Shown in pieces: positions 46,061-55,096 of a stretch of DNA of 64,000 nucleotides. This stretch comes from an uncultured Nitrososphaerota archaeon (GTDB taxonomy: Archaea; Korarchaeota; Korarchaeia; Korarchaeales; Korarchaeaceae). The stretch covers positions 96,001 through 160,000 of the forward strand of contig CAZQNA010000001.1 of the NCBI GenBank assembly GCA_964594835.1, read 5' to 3'. The translations under genes were made by a program, and so were the position numbers. Below the pieces are notes generated by a model. It worked only from the letters and a program-made list of their open reading frames with translations. It was not told where the DNA came from and did no database searches. The number at the start of each line of letters is the position of its first letter. Within the stretch, counting starts at the first letter, position 1.

Positions 46061-46405
46061 TCACTCCCCAGATCCGTCCCCTTCCCCTTCGAGGACGCGA
46101 AACTCGATCATCCAGAGCTGGTCCTCCTCCAGGACCCTCTTACCGTAGTGTCTCTTGAGCGCCTTCACCAGCTCCTCCTTGGACTCGAACCCGTCCCTCC
46201 TGGCCTCCTCGTCGGTCAGCCCCGAGAGCCTCACCCTGGTGACCCCCTCGACAACGGCCTCCCCGAAGACCTCACCCCCGGCTACCAGGTCGACGACGTC
46301 CCCCGGCCTGAGCCTGGTGGTTCGCCTCAGGGTGGTCACCTTCTCCCCCCTGAGGATGCGGTCCACGTACCTCTTGTCAAACCTCAGCGACTTCCTCCTC
46401 CCCAT
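46061..46405 (-). CDS. ASCH-domain protein (YqfB-like)
   Basis: F...Y...I..GEKVTTLR (GxKxxTxR), LTDEEARRDGF. Confidence 0.9.
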   Translation of the reverse strand: MGRRKSLRFDKRYVDRILRGEKVTTLRRTTRLRPGDVVDLVAGGEVFGEAVVEGVTRVRLSGLTDEEARRDGFESKEELVKALKRHYGKRVLEEDQLWMIEFRVLEGEGDGSGE

Positions 46406-48656
46406 AGTGGACCACCAGCTTCCTGACCGCCCCCCGTACGACGTCCATGACCTCGACCACCTTCTTAACCTTCAGGAGCCCCGCCACCATGCCCCACCCC
46501 CTACCCTGAAGGACCCTGGCCAGCAGAGCAGCCTCCTCCTCAGCCGAGAGGGGCCTGACCTTCGGAGGGGAGAGGAAGTAGGACCTGACGATCTCCCAGA
46601 CCGCGTCGGACGCCATCTCGTAGGTGTTGTACCCCGCCAGGTAGTCCCTTAGCCTGAGCTTCTGACTGAACCTGAGCCTCGGCCTCGCGCCTCCCCAGCT
46701 CGGAGACAGGAGCATCCTGGCGACCCAGGGGGACAGATCGAAGTACACGTCGTGCAGGGAGTTCAGGAGTCTCCTCTTGAACTCCCCCAGTATCTCACGC
46801 ACCATGTCCCGAGCCTGCCTGCTGATCGGGAGCACGACGAACACGCTGTACTCTCCCGAGACAGGGTTCCTCTGCGGGCTGATGTGCACGGGCACGAAGC
46901 CCGCCCTCACCCAGAACCTGAGGAGTTCCTCGCTGACTCCGAACCCCGCCCCGACCCAGTCTACCCCGGCCTCCTCAGCCTCGGAGATCAGGGACCTGAG
47001 CGCCCTCGTCCCCAGGCCCCTGCCCTGAAGGGCCGGATGGGTGGCTATGCGGACCACCCTCCAGCCCCAGAGCTTCGGGAATCCCTTGTGGCCGTAGTGT
47101 GCCAGGAGCCTCGAGGGTATCATGTGACCGGGGGGATTCTCTGTCCTCCTGAGGATGCCCTCCACGTACCTCCTGCTGAGCCTCCCCTCCTCGCATATCT
47201 GAATTGAGACTACGGGCTCGCCGTCGATCAACAGGGCCCTCGCGGAGTGGTGGGGCGCGTCCAGGAGTGTCGCCAGGTCGTTGGGCCTGTTCCTGTAGTG
47301 AGCCAGGACGTATATCCCGTAGAACTTCCTGAGGAAGTCCTCGTCCGCCGATGGGAGGTCCACCCTGACGTACCTCCCCGACTCCGGGGACGCGTCCTCG
47401 GGGGGATCCCCAGGCTCCGCGTCGAGCAGCAGGAAGTCGTAAAGCCACCTCTCAACCGGGTCCCCCTCGGGGTACCTTATCGGGGTCCTCATCTCCACCC
47501 TCTCGACGGCCACACCCTGAAGCGACTCGAGCCTCGACATGAACCTCTGAGAGAAACCCCTGCCGGCCCCCTCGTACCCGTGGATTGTGCTGGAGAAGAT
47601 CGCGAGCCTGCTGGACCCGAGCACCCTGAAGAGCAGGTGCGTCGGGATGCCGGCCGCCTCGTCAACCACCTTCACCCGGACGTTAGAGTCCACTAGGCTC
47701 AGGGGAGTCAGGTAGAAGGCCGACCTCCCCCTGGCGGTCACCGCCACGACCTCTCCATCCCTCACCACCTCCCGGCCCCGTATCCCCAGGGCCTCCAGGC
47801 CCCTTGAGACGAACTTGAACAGGGTCTGAACCGCGGGGAGTGTGGGGGCCGTGACCGCCACCCCCCTGACCCCCCTCCTCGCCATTAGGTGGGCTATCCC
47901 GAGCCCGAGAGCGGCGGACTTTCCCCTCCCCCTGTTCGCCACCACGAGGAGGGCCGCCCTCCCGGAGACCCTCGAGAGCCTGTCGATGGCCTCCACCACC
48001 TCGACCTGCTCGGGGGTCAGTGCGAGCGCCAGTACGGGGTCCTCCGATTCGGGCCGCTCGAGCTCCCTCCTGGCGGCCTCTCTTGGGCGCCCCTCAACGC
48101 TTCCCGAGGACAGGTCGACGAACCTCGCCCCCTCAGCCCTCCTGACGGTCTCTAGGAACCTCCTCTTGAACTCGCTCCTGACGTCGGACTCTCTGTAGGG
48201 GGGCGACGCCAGCCTCCTCTGGAAGTCGGTCAGGGTTCTGAGCCACTCCTCGACTGGGGGTATCGCCATCACGACGAGCCCGCCCCCCCTGACGGTCTCC
48301 ACAAGTCTCCCCACGTCATTCGCCCTCATCTGGACGGAGAAGTCCGTCAGGAGGAGATCCCAGGTTCCCCCCATGGCCTCCTCGCTCCTGTCAAAGTCTA
48401 TTGGGTGGACGCGGACGTCTCCGGGCACCTGGCTGGCGAGCCTTCGACCGCCCAGCACCTCGTCCCCAACCCAGACGTTGGAGTAGAGGGCGTCGACCCC
48501 CTGGCCAGTGACCCGCCGGTAGACCCTGGCCACCCTTGCCAGGGCGTCCACCCGATCCTCGCAGGAGACGAGGAGCAACCTCCGCTCTCCACTGGCCACG
48601 GCCTCCGCGCTGAGTTCTGCTGCCACCTCCTCGACGAGGTCGCCCAAGATGATCAC
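46377..48656 (-). CDS. tmcA: RNA cytidine acetyltransferase TmcA/Nat10
   Basis: ETVRGGG, RGRGKSAALG, DEAA, TIHGYEGAGRGF, AHYRNRPNDL, GNAT RIATHPALQGRGLG. Confidence 0.95.
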   Translation of the reverse strand: MIILGDLVEEVAAELSAEAVASGERRLLLVSCEDRVDALARVARVYRRVTGQGVDALYSNVWVGDEVLGGRRLASQVPGDVRVHPIDFDRSEEAMGGTWDLLLTDFSVQMRANDVGRLVETVRGGGLVVMAIPPVEEWLRTLTDFQRRLASPPYRESDVRSEFKRRFLETVRRAEGARFVDLSSGSVEGRPREAARRELERPESEDPVLALALTPEQVEVVEAIDRLSRVSGRAALLVVANRGRGKSAALGLGIAHLMARRGVRGVAVTAPTLPAVQTLFKFVSRGLEALGIRGREVVRDGEVVAVTARGRSAFYLTPLSLVDSNVRVKVVDEAAGIPTHLLFRVLGSSRLAIFSSTIHGYEGAGRGFSQRFMSRLESLQGVAVERVEMRTPIRYPEGDPVERWLYDFLLLDAEPGDPPEDASPESGRYVRVDLPSADEDFLRKFYGIYVLAHYRNRPNDLATLLDAPHHSARALLIDGEPVVSIQICEEGRLSRRYVEGILRRTENPPGHMIPSRLLAHYGHKGFPKLWGWRVVRIATHPALQGRGLGTRALRSLISEAEEAGVDWVGAGFGVSEELLRFWVRAGFVPVHISPQRNPVSGEYSVFVVLPISRQARDMVREILGEFKRRLLNSLHDVYFDLSPWVARMLLSPSWGGARPRLRFSQKLRLRDYLAGYNTYEMASDAVWEIVRSYFLSPPKVRPLSAEEEAALLARVLQGRGWGMVAGLLKVKKVVEVMDVVRGAVRKLVVHYGEEEVAEV

Positions 48657-48666
48657 CCAACCGCGG

Positions 48667-49398
48667 TCACAGCGCCAGACCGAGGGCCGTCGGGGCGAAC
48701 TTGAGCAGGACCAGCGCCGCGGCCAGGGAGGCCGACCTACCCCTACTCAGGCCAAACATCGTCCTGAGGAGTTCCGTGAGGAGGAACCACTGCCAGGCCG
48801 CCACCAGGCCGGAGAGGGAGAGCATGACGGGAGAGCGCTCCACCAGGCTGGTCACCTCCCCGACCTGCGAGGAGTACGGGTTGGATAGGTCTATCGTGAT
48901 CACGACCCTCTGCGGGATCGTCAAGGCCGTAGCGATCACGCTCAGGAGAGACCTAACGCCCTCGGTCAGGTAGACCACGCCAAACCCGGTTAGGGTGGAG
49001 GATGGGCTCACCGGGTCGCCTCCAGCGAGCCTCGCCGCGACGTGAACGAGCCCCCCGGCGATGAAAGCGACGACGACCCCGGAGACCACCGTGGTGACCC
49101 CGACGAACGCCGGGCCGCTGAAAACCCTCAGGGCGGACTGGATCTGCTCGGCGCTCACGCCCTCCGGCGGGTTGACGAACCGGTACTCCACCCTCGACGC
49201 GATCAGCGCGCCTCCGGCGCCCCCAAGCGCCGAGACCGCCAGAGCGGCCATCAGGAACAGCCTCAGCCTGGGCCGACTGAGGCCCCCCCTGAAGACGGAC
49301 CACGGATCTCGGACCGGGGAGAGGAGGTACTTGATCGGCCCGACGCTCTCCCCTGCACGGGCCTCGCCGACCTCGAACTCCCCGCCCCCCTGGGACAT
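48667..49398 (-). CDS. Yip1-family membrane protein
   Basis: About 5 TM helices with an N-terminal P..vF motif; start ATG 49398. Confidence 0.65.
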   Translation of the reverse strand: MSQGGGEFEVGEARAGESVGPIKYLLSPVRDPWSVFRGGLSRPRLRLFLMAALAVSALGGAGGALIASRVEYRFVNPPEGVSAEQIQSALRVFSGPAFVGVTTVVSGVVVAFIAGGLVHVAARLAGGDPVSPSSTLTGFGVVYLTEGVRSLLSVIATALTIPQRVVITIDLSNPYSSQVGEVTSLVERSPVMLSLSGLVAAWQWFLLTELLRTMFGLSRGRSASLAAALVLLKFAPTALGLAL

Positions 49399-49449
49399 CG
49401 TGCCGCCCCCCTGAGTCGACTTAAAAAGGCCGGGGGGGCGACGCACACC

Positions 49450-49524
49450 GGGGGCGGGCGATGATTAGAGCGAACATCATTCGAAGGGAGGATGTGAATC
49501 CCAGCTCACGCTGAGTCCGCCCCC
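49450..49524 (+). ncRNA. Double-guide C/D-box sRNA predicted to target 23S rRNA U2552 and A2577 (E. coli numbering)
   Basis: 10-bp terminal stem; C CGATGA, D' TCGA 49481-49484, D CTGA 49511-49514; guides GCGAACA and CCCAGCTCACG complement conserved 23S UGUUCGC and CGUGAGCUGGG; TATA CTTAAAAA at 49420. Confidence 0.88.
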
Positions 49525-49553
49525 CACGGTTTAACCTGATCCGACGCGATAAG

Positions 49554-50150
49554 TTGAATAGCCTCCCAGCCCAGGCTCCAACCGTGAGGTCGGTAGATCT
49601 CCACAGGGAGTCCGCCAGGTCCAGGCTGACCTTCGCGGTGTTCGTCGTCAGCTCCTCGAGGTACGAGTTGAAGTCCCGGGGGGAGGCCTTCGTCGACGAG
49701 AGCGGAGACGTGGCGGTCAGCCTCATAGAGTCGGCTGGCCACGTCGTCGTGAGGAGGGACATCCTCCCCGACTCGGTCCCGGAGATAGGGGAGGCGCTGA
49801 GGGCCGCCGCCGGCAGCGCGGACGTGGTCCTCTTCATCGGCGGTACGGGTCCCCACCCGAGGGACGTCACGGTCGAGGCCGTCCGACCCGCGTTCTCCAA
49901 GGAACTACCCGGCTTCGGGGAGCTCTTCAGGATGCTCAGCTACGAGCAGGTGGGGCCCGCTGCCTTCCTGTCGAGGGCCACGGCGGGCGTGGTCGAGGGG
50001 TCCGTGGTCTTCTGCCTCCCAGGCTCCCCTGACGGGATAAGGCTCGCCCTCGAGAGGCTCATCCTGCCCGAGGCGGAGCACGCCGTCTGGGTGGCGAGGG
50101 GCTACAGGCACGCTCACGGCTCGGGTCGCCAAGACGACCCGGGGGGCTGA
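49554..50150 (+). CDS. moaB: Molybdopterin adenylyltransferase, MoaB/MogA family
   Basis: VSSSR..DESG, GGTG..RDVT.EA, PGFGE.FR, SRATAG, LPGSP. Confidence 0.92.
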   Translation: MNSLPAQAPTVRSVDLHRESARSRLTFAVFVVSSSRYELKSRGEAFVDESGDVAVSLIESAGHVVVRRDILPDSVPEIGEALRAAAGSADVVLFIGGTGPHPRDVTVEAVRPAFSKELPGFGELFRMLSYEQVGPAAFLSRATAGVVEGSVVFCLPGSPDGIRLALERLILPEAEHAVWVARGYRHAHGSGRQDDPGG

Positions 50151-50152
50151 GC

Positions 50153-52156
50153 TCAGCCGACCCGGGGGTCGTGGATTATCTCCCCGGTCCTTTCGTCCGC
50201 CTCTATGCCGGGTAGCCTGCTTAGGGCCTCGCGGAACTCGTCGGACCTTAGGGTCTCGAGGACGACCTGGACCCCGCGCTTCGAAAGGCGGTCGATCCTC
50301 ACCAAGAAGTCGTACCGCTCCCTCCAGAGGGGTATGAAGTCCAGCCCCCTCAGCCTCGCGGCCGCCTCTATCCCGGGGCCGATGTCCACGATCCCTTCCC
50401 TGACCGCCGAGGCCACCGCCGCGTGGGACTTCGCGGCGCTCATGTACCCCCGGATCGACGACCTCAGCTCCTCCGCGCTCACCCCCCTCTCCCCTGCCAA
50501 CCTCTCGGTCAGCCAGTCCATCAGGATCCTGGTTCCCGAGCCCGGGTTTCTGTTCAGCATCCTGACGTCGGGCCTCAGGAGGTCCTCCACTCCCCCTATT
50601 CCCTTGGGGTTCCCGGGGGCGACCATCAGGCCCTGGATCCTCGAGTACCCCCTGACGAGCAGGGCGATCTTGGACACGCCCATGGGCTCGAGGAACGGGA
50701 GGTTGTACTCGCCCGTGGTCGGATCCAGGGCGTGGACCCCGGCCAGGTCGGCCTCCCCCTTCCTCACGGCCAGGAACCCGCCCGTCGAGCCCACGGAGAC
50801 CACCTTCACCCTGCCCCCCCTGAGCCTCGGCCTCGCGATCCTGAGGAGCTCCTCCAGCCCGAGGCAGTGGCTCCCCACGATGGACAGGTCCGCAGGCCCC
50901 CTGTCCGGGTCTAGGAGGGTGACCACCACTGGCTCGCCCTCCTCCAGGTACTCCACCTCCTCCGGCACTTCTAGGATCCCGTCGGCCCGGGCAAACGTGG
51001 TTATGGCCTCAGAGCCACCGGGAACCTTGAACGCCAGCACCTCGCCCTCGGCCGTCCTCACGAGGTGCACCGGGAGGAAGTCCCGCCTCCCCCTGGCGAC
51101 CCTGGTCCTCTCGGCCAGCTTGGCCCTGACCCTCAGGGACTCAGGCTCGGGCTCCAGTCCGGCCAGGTACCTGATCACGGGCGCGACGAACACCCTGTAG
51201 GCGGTCATCGCGCTGGTCGGGTTGCCTGGCAGTCCGAAGGCGAGCTTTCTGCCGACCTGAGCCATGACGGTGGGCTTCCCCGGGTGCATGGCCACGCCGT
51301 GGACGAACACCCCGGGCGCCCCGATCCCGTCCAGCACCCTGTAGATGACATCCCCCGCCCCCGCGCTGGTGCTTCCCGAGACGACGAGGAGGTCTGCCAC
51401 CGACAGCCCCCTCTCGATCGCCCCCGCTATCTCAGACTCCACGTCGCCGACTATACCAAGGTAGATGGGTTCCCCCCCGTCCCCCCTTATGGAGGCGCAG
51501 AGGGCCGGGCCGTTTATGTCGTAGATCCTCCCGTACTCGAGGTCCTCCCCCTGAGCGGCCAGCTCGTCTCCAGTGCTGATCACGGCGACCCTCGGCCGGG
51601 AGTAGACCCTCACGGTCCGGATGCCGGCGGCGGCCAGCACGCCGACCTCCCTCGGCCCGACGACGTCTCCCCTCCAGGCCAGGGTCTCTCCGAGGTTGAC
51701 GTCCCTGCCGGCGGACTGGACGTTCTCGCCGGGCGCGACGGCCCTGTACACGAGGACCTCTCCACCAGACCGGCGGGTGTACTCGACCATCACGACCGCG
51801 TCGGCCCCCGGGGGCAGGGGCGCCCCAGTCGCTATCTCGACGGCCTCACCCTCCCCCACCGACCCGCTGAAGGGGTGGCCGGCCGAGGCCACTCCCACGA
51901 CCCTGAGCGCCGCGGGCCTCTCCTCGTCTGCCCCGAAGGTGTCCTCCGCGCGCACCGCGAACCCGTCCTTGGTGGCCCTGTCGAAGCTGGGGATGTCCAC
52001 CGGGGACACCACGTCCTCCGCCAGCACCCTGCCCAGCGCCTCGGAGAGCGTGACCTCCTCCACCCTCCTTTTCATCTCCCGAACGCGGGACCAGATCTCA
52101 TCCCTGGCCCCGTCTACAGAGCTGAGCCTCCTGAAGATCCTCCTATCTTCCCTCAT
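50153..52156 (-). CDS. moeA: MoeA with C-terminal periplasmic-binding-protein-like domain
   Basis: DGFAV, TGA.LP.GADAVV, STGDEL, PGKP, GLPGNP, then GSHC, GSTGG, NRNPGSGTR; start ATG 52156. Confidence 0.93.
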   Translation of the reverse strand: MREDRRIFRRLSSVDGARDEIWSRVREMKRRVEEVTLSEALGRVLAEDVVSPVDIPSFDRATKDGFAVRAEDTFGADEERPAALRVVGVASAGHPFSGSVGEGEAVEIATGAPLPPGADAVVMVEYTRRSGGEVLVYRAVAPGENVQSAGRDVNLGETLAWRGDVVGPREVGVLAAAGIRTVRVYSRPRVAVISTGDELAAQGEDLEYGRIYDINGPALCASIRGDGGEPIYLGIVGDVESEIAGAIERGLSVADLLVVSGSTSAGAGDVIYRVLDGIGAPGVFVHGVAMHPGKPTVMAQVGRKLAFGLPGNPTSAMTAYRVFVAPVIRYLAGLEPEPESLRVRAKLAERTRVARGRRDFLPVHLVRTAEGEVLAFKVPGGSEAITTFARADGILEVPEEVEYLEEGEPVVVTLLDPDRGPADLSIVGSHCLGLEELLRIARPRLRGGRVKVVSVGSTGGFLAVRKGEADLAGVHALDPTTGEYNLPFLEPMGVSKIALLVRGYSRIQGLMVAPGNPKGIGGVEDLLRPDVRMLNRNPGSGTRILMDWLTERLAGERGVSAEELRSSIRGYMSAAKSHAAVASAVREGIVDIGPGIEAAARLRGLDFIPLWRERYDFLVRIDRLSKRGVQVVLETLRSDEFREALSRLPGIEADERTGEIIHDPRVG
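51989..52061. repeat. 73-bp perfect direct repeat, copy 1
   Basis: Identical to 54009-54081. Confidence 0.95.
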
Positions 52157-52917
52157 ACGATCCCCCACGCCTGCAGCGCCATCCTGATCGCCACCAGCAT
52201 GAGGAAGGCGGCGAATATGCGTCTGACCGTCGTCCCCCTCAGCCCCATGGTCTTCTTGGCGCCCGCCCTGGCTCCCAGGACGAGGCCCGCCGCCGTTATC
52301 AGGGCGATGAGGGGGTGCCCCCGGCCCTCCATGTAGTGGGTCGTCGCCCCCACGGAGGACGTTATGGCGATCATGAACATGGAGGTGGCGACCGCCGTCT
52401 TGGCCCCCAGGCCGCAGACCAGGACCAGTATGGGGACCTTGATGGTCCCTCCCCCTATGCCCAGGAGTCCGCTGAACGCCCCCGCGAGGAAGGACACGCC
52501 CATCGCGACCGCTAGCCTCGAACACCCCCTCCCAACGCCGTCGTCCGAGCCCCCGCGCCTCCGGAGCATGTTCACCGAGACCACCCCGAGGACGACGGCG
52601 AAGGCCATCCTCAGCGCCCTCTCCGGGACCGCCGTCACCGCCCTGGCCCCCGCGTAGGCTCCGATTGTCGTGGTGAGTTCAAGCGTGATGCCCAGCCTGT
52701 AGTCGATGAGGTCCCTGTACACGAGGATGGAGCTCAGGGCCGTGAGCGGCATGGTCATGAGGCTGGTGGCGACGGCAGACTTCATGTCCATCCCGAGCAC
52801 CAGGCTGTAGAGGGGGACCAGCAGAGTACCGCCGCCCGTCCCCGTCATGGCGCTCACGGCCCCTATCCCCAGTCCGCCGACCGCCGCGAGCAGAACCCTC
52901 AGGTCCACTCTCTCCAC
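52153..52917 (-). CDS. TauE/SafE family sulfite exporter
   Basis: Duplicated G.GGG..VP motifs, AVATS, about 8 TM. Confidence 0.92.
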   Translation of the reverse strand: MERVDLRVLLAAVGGLGIGAVSAMTGTGGGTLLVPLYSLVLGMDMKSAVATSLMTMPLTALSSILVYRDLIDYRLGITLELTTTIGAYAGARAVTAVPERALRMAFAVVLGVVSVNMLRRRGGSDDGVGRGCSRLAVAMGVSFLAGAFSGLLGIGGGTIKVPILVLVCGLGAKTAVATSMFMIAITSSVGATTHYMEGRGHPLIALITAAGLVLGARAGAKKTMGLRGTTVRRIFAAFLMLVAIRMALQAWGIV

Positions 52918-54176
52918 CTCTCGTAGGGGGTCAGGAGCTCGACTGGGACCTCAGACCCCTCTGGAAAACCCTCCACGTCTTCCGGAACCTCAACCAGGCC
53001 GTCAGCCCTCACGAGAGAGCTCAGTATCCCAGAGCCGCTGACCCCGACCGGGTCCGCCAGCAGGACGCCCCCCGCGCCCTCGCTTAGCCTGACCCTGGCG
53101 AAGTGCCTCACCCCGGGGGAGGAGGGTATCGGCCTGACGAGCCTGCCCCTGACCACAGGGCTGAGGGGCGTCCACCTGAGCCCCAGCATCCTCCATATCA
53201 CTGGGGCGACGAAGAGCCTGAAGTCCATGGCGGCCGCCACGGGGTAACCCGGCAGGCCTATCCACGGCCTCCCGTCAGGGAGCCTGGCCAGCAGGGCCGG
53301 TCGTCCCGGCATGGCGGCGACGCCGTGGATCAGGATCTCGCCTCCAGACTCCAGGACTCCCCTGTAGACCACGTCCGCCCTCCCGACGCTGGTCCCCCCG
53401 GTGGTCACCACGAGGTCGGCGTCCCGGGCTCGGCCGACGACCTCCGCCAGCTCTCGAGGGTCGTCCTCGACGATCCCCAGGTAGACGGGCTCTCCCCCCT
53501 CCTGCCTGATCATGGCCTCTACCATGAACCTGAGCGAGTTCGGCACCTTCCCGAGGGGGACCTCGCCGCCCACCTCCACGATCTCGTCCCCGGTGCACGC
53601 AACCGCCACCCTGGGCCTCCTCCTGACGGCCACCCGGGGGACGTTCAGCTCAGCTAGGAGGCCGATCTCGTATGGTCCGAGGGGCGTCCCGGCCTTGAGG
53701 ACCACCTCTCCACGCTTCACGTCCTCTCCCGGCCTTGCCACGTTCTTCCAGGCTGGAACCTGGGTGTAGACCTCAACCGAGGACTCGAGCTCCTCGGAGT
53801 ACTCCACCGGAACCACGGCGTCGGCGCCCTCGGGCAGGTACGCCCCTGTGTAGATCCTCACCGCCTCCCCGGGAGAGAGGGCCCGGTCCGGCGGCCTCCC
53901 GGCTCGCACCTCCCCCACGAGCCTCAGGGAGACTGGAGACTCTGTGGAGGCCCCGAGGACATCCCTCGACCTCACGGCGTATCCGTCGAGGGCCGCCCTG
54001 GGTCTCGGGGGGATGTCCACCGGGGACACCACGTCCTCCGCCAGCACCCTGCCCAGCGCCTCGGAGAGCGTGACCTCCTCCGGATCCGTCGGGTCGAGCC
54101 TCACCGACCTCAGGTACACGGCCCTGGCGTCCTCAATCCTGGTGAGCCTGCGGAACCCCCTCCAGACGTGGCTCAT
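52899..54176 (-). CDS. moeA: Molybdopterin molybdo/tungstotransferase MoeA
   Basis: DGYAV, TGAYLPEGADAVV, TGDE, TGGTSVG, GLPGYP, GSGILSSL. Confidence 0.93.
   Translation of the reverse strand: MSHVWRGFRRLTRIEDARAVYLRSVRLDPTDPEEVTLSEALGRVLAEDVVSPVDIPPRPRAALDGYAVRSRDVLGASTESPVSLRLVGEVRAGRPPDRALSPGEAVRIYTGAYLPEGADAVVPVEYSEELESSVEVYTQVPAWKNVARPGEDVKRGEVVLKAGTPLGPYEIGLLAELNVPRVAVRRRPRVAVACTGDEIVEVGGEVPLGKVPNSLRFMVEAMIRQEGGEPVYLGIVEDDPRELAEVVGRARDADLVVTTGGTSVGRADVVYRGVLESGGEILIHGVAAMPGRPALLARLPDGRPWIGLPGYPVAAAMDFRLFVAPVIWRMLGLRWTPLSPVVRGRLVRPIPSSPGVRHFARVRLSEGAGGVLLADPVGVSGSGILSSLVRADGLVEVPEDVEGFPEGSEVPVELLTPYERWREWT
54009..54081. repeat. 73-bp perfect direct repeat, copy 2
   Basis: Identical to 51989-52061. 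Confidence 0.95.
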
Positions 54177-54262
54177 TGGACTCGGGCCCGCCCCCTGGAT
54201 GGGTCGTAAAAAGTGTGGCCTGGCCGCCCGGGTTTATTGGCCCCCGGGGGGGAGGTGAAACC

Positions 54263-55006
54263 GTGGGCCTCCTGAGGGAGATCCTCGACCTGCTCCGCGG
54301 AGATCTGGAGGAGTCGACGGTCGTCGACCTGGCGGTCAGCTTCCCCTACACGGGGGTCCTCCTTGACCGGCGGAGGCTGGGGGTGTGCTACACCGTCCTG
54401 GAGGGGAGGAGTCACGAGAGGGACCCGCCCCCGGGGAGGGCCAGGGGGGTCAGGGCGATCACCCTGGCCAGGCTGGCCTCGTCCCCGACGGGGGTCGAGT
54501 CCTCCATAGGCGTGGCGACGCTCTCCGCCGCGGCCAGACCCGGCGAGTACCTGAGGGCCGACCCCCTCGACGTGCTCGACCTGAGGCCGGACGACAGGGT
54601 CTGCGTCCTCGGAAACTTCCCGAGGACATACCTAGACCGCCTGAGGAGATCGGTCTCCAAGCTCTGGGTGCTGGAGAGGCCTCCGAGGATCTCCCGGGGG
54701 ACGCTTCCGGACTGGGCCGTGGAGGAGCTCGCCCCCAGCTGCACCGTGCTCCTGGCCACCGGGTCGACCATCCCAAACAAGACCCTGGAGAGGGCGCTCG
54801 AGCTGGCCTCGGACGCGCGCGAGAGGATCGTGGTCGGACCGAGCGTTCCCCTGGTCCCCGAGCCCTTTGAGTCCAGGGGGGTGACGGCCCTGGCGGGCGT
54901 GAGGTTCACCGACCCTGAGTCGGCAATGCGGGTCGTGGCCGAGGGAGGCGGGACCAGAGACCTGAGGCCGCACTCGGAGAAGGTCCTGATGCGCCTGCGC
55001 GGCTGA
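54263..55006 (+). CDS. DUF364 Rossmann-like protein
   Basis: YTGV..G, SIGVAT, TGSTIPNKT, VGPS; GTG start after GGAGGTGA. Confidence 0.8.
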   Translation: MGLLREILDLLRGDLEESTVVDLAVSFPYTGVLLDRRRLGVCYTVLEGRSHERDPPPGRARGVRAITLARLASSPTGVESSIGVATLSAAARPGEYLRADPLDVLDLRPDDRVCVLGNFPRTYLDRLRRSVSKLWVLERPPRISRGTLPDWAVEELAPSCTVLLATGSTIPNKTLERALELASDARERIVVGPSVPLVPEPFESRGVTALAGVRFTDPESAMRVVAEGGGTRDLRPHSEKVLMRLRG

Positions 55007-55096
55007 GCGCCCCCCACGAGTCGGCCCCGGCCGCGCGAGGGCTGGCCAGGGATCGGACAACCTCAATATACCCTCCGCGGGGGGTCGAGCGGGGGG

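Noticed and set aside
52157-52525. N-terminal extension of MoeA-PBP
   Set aside because: Alternative frame of tauE; ATG 52156 overlaps the tauE stop
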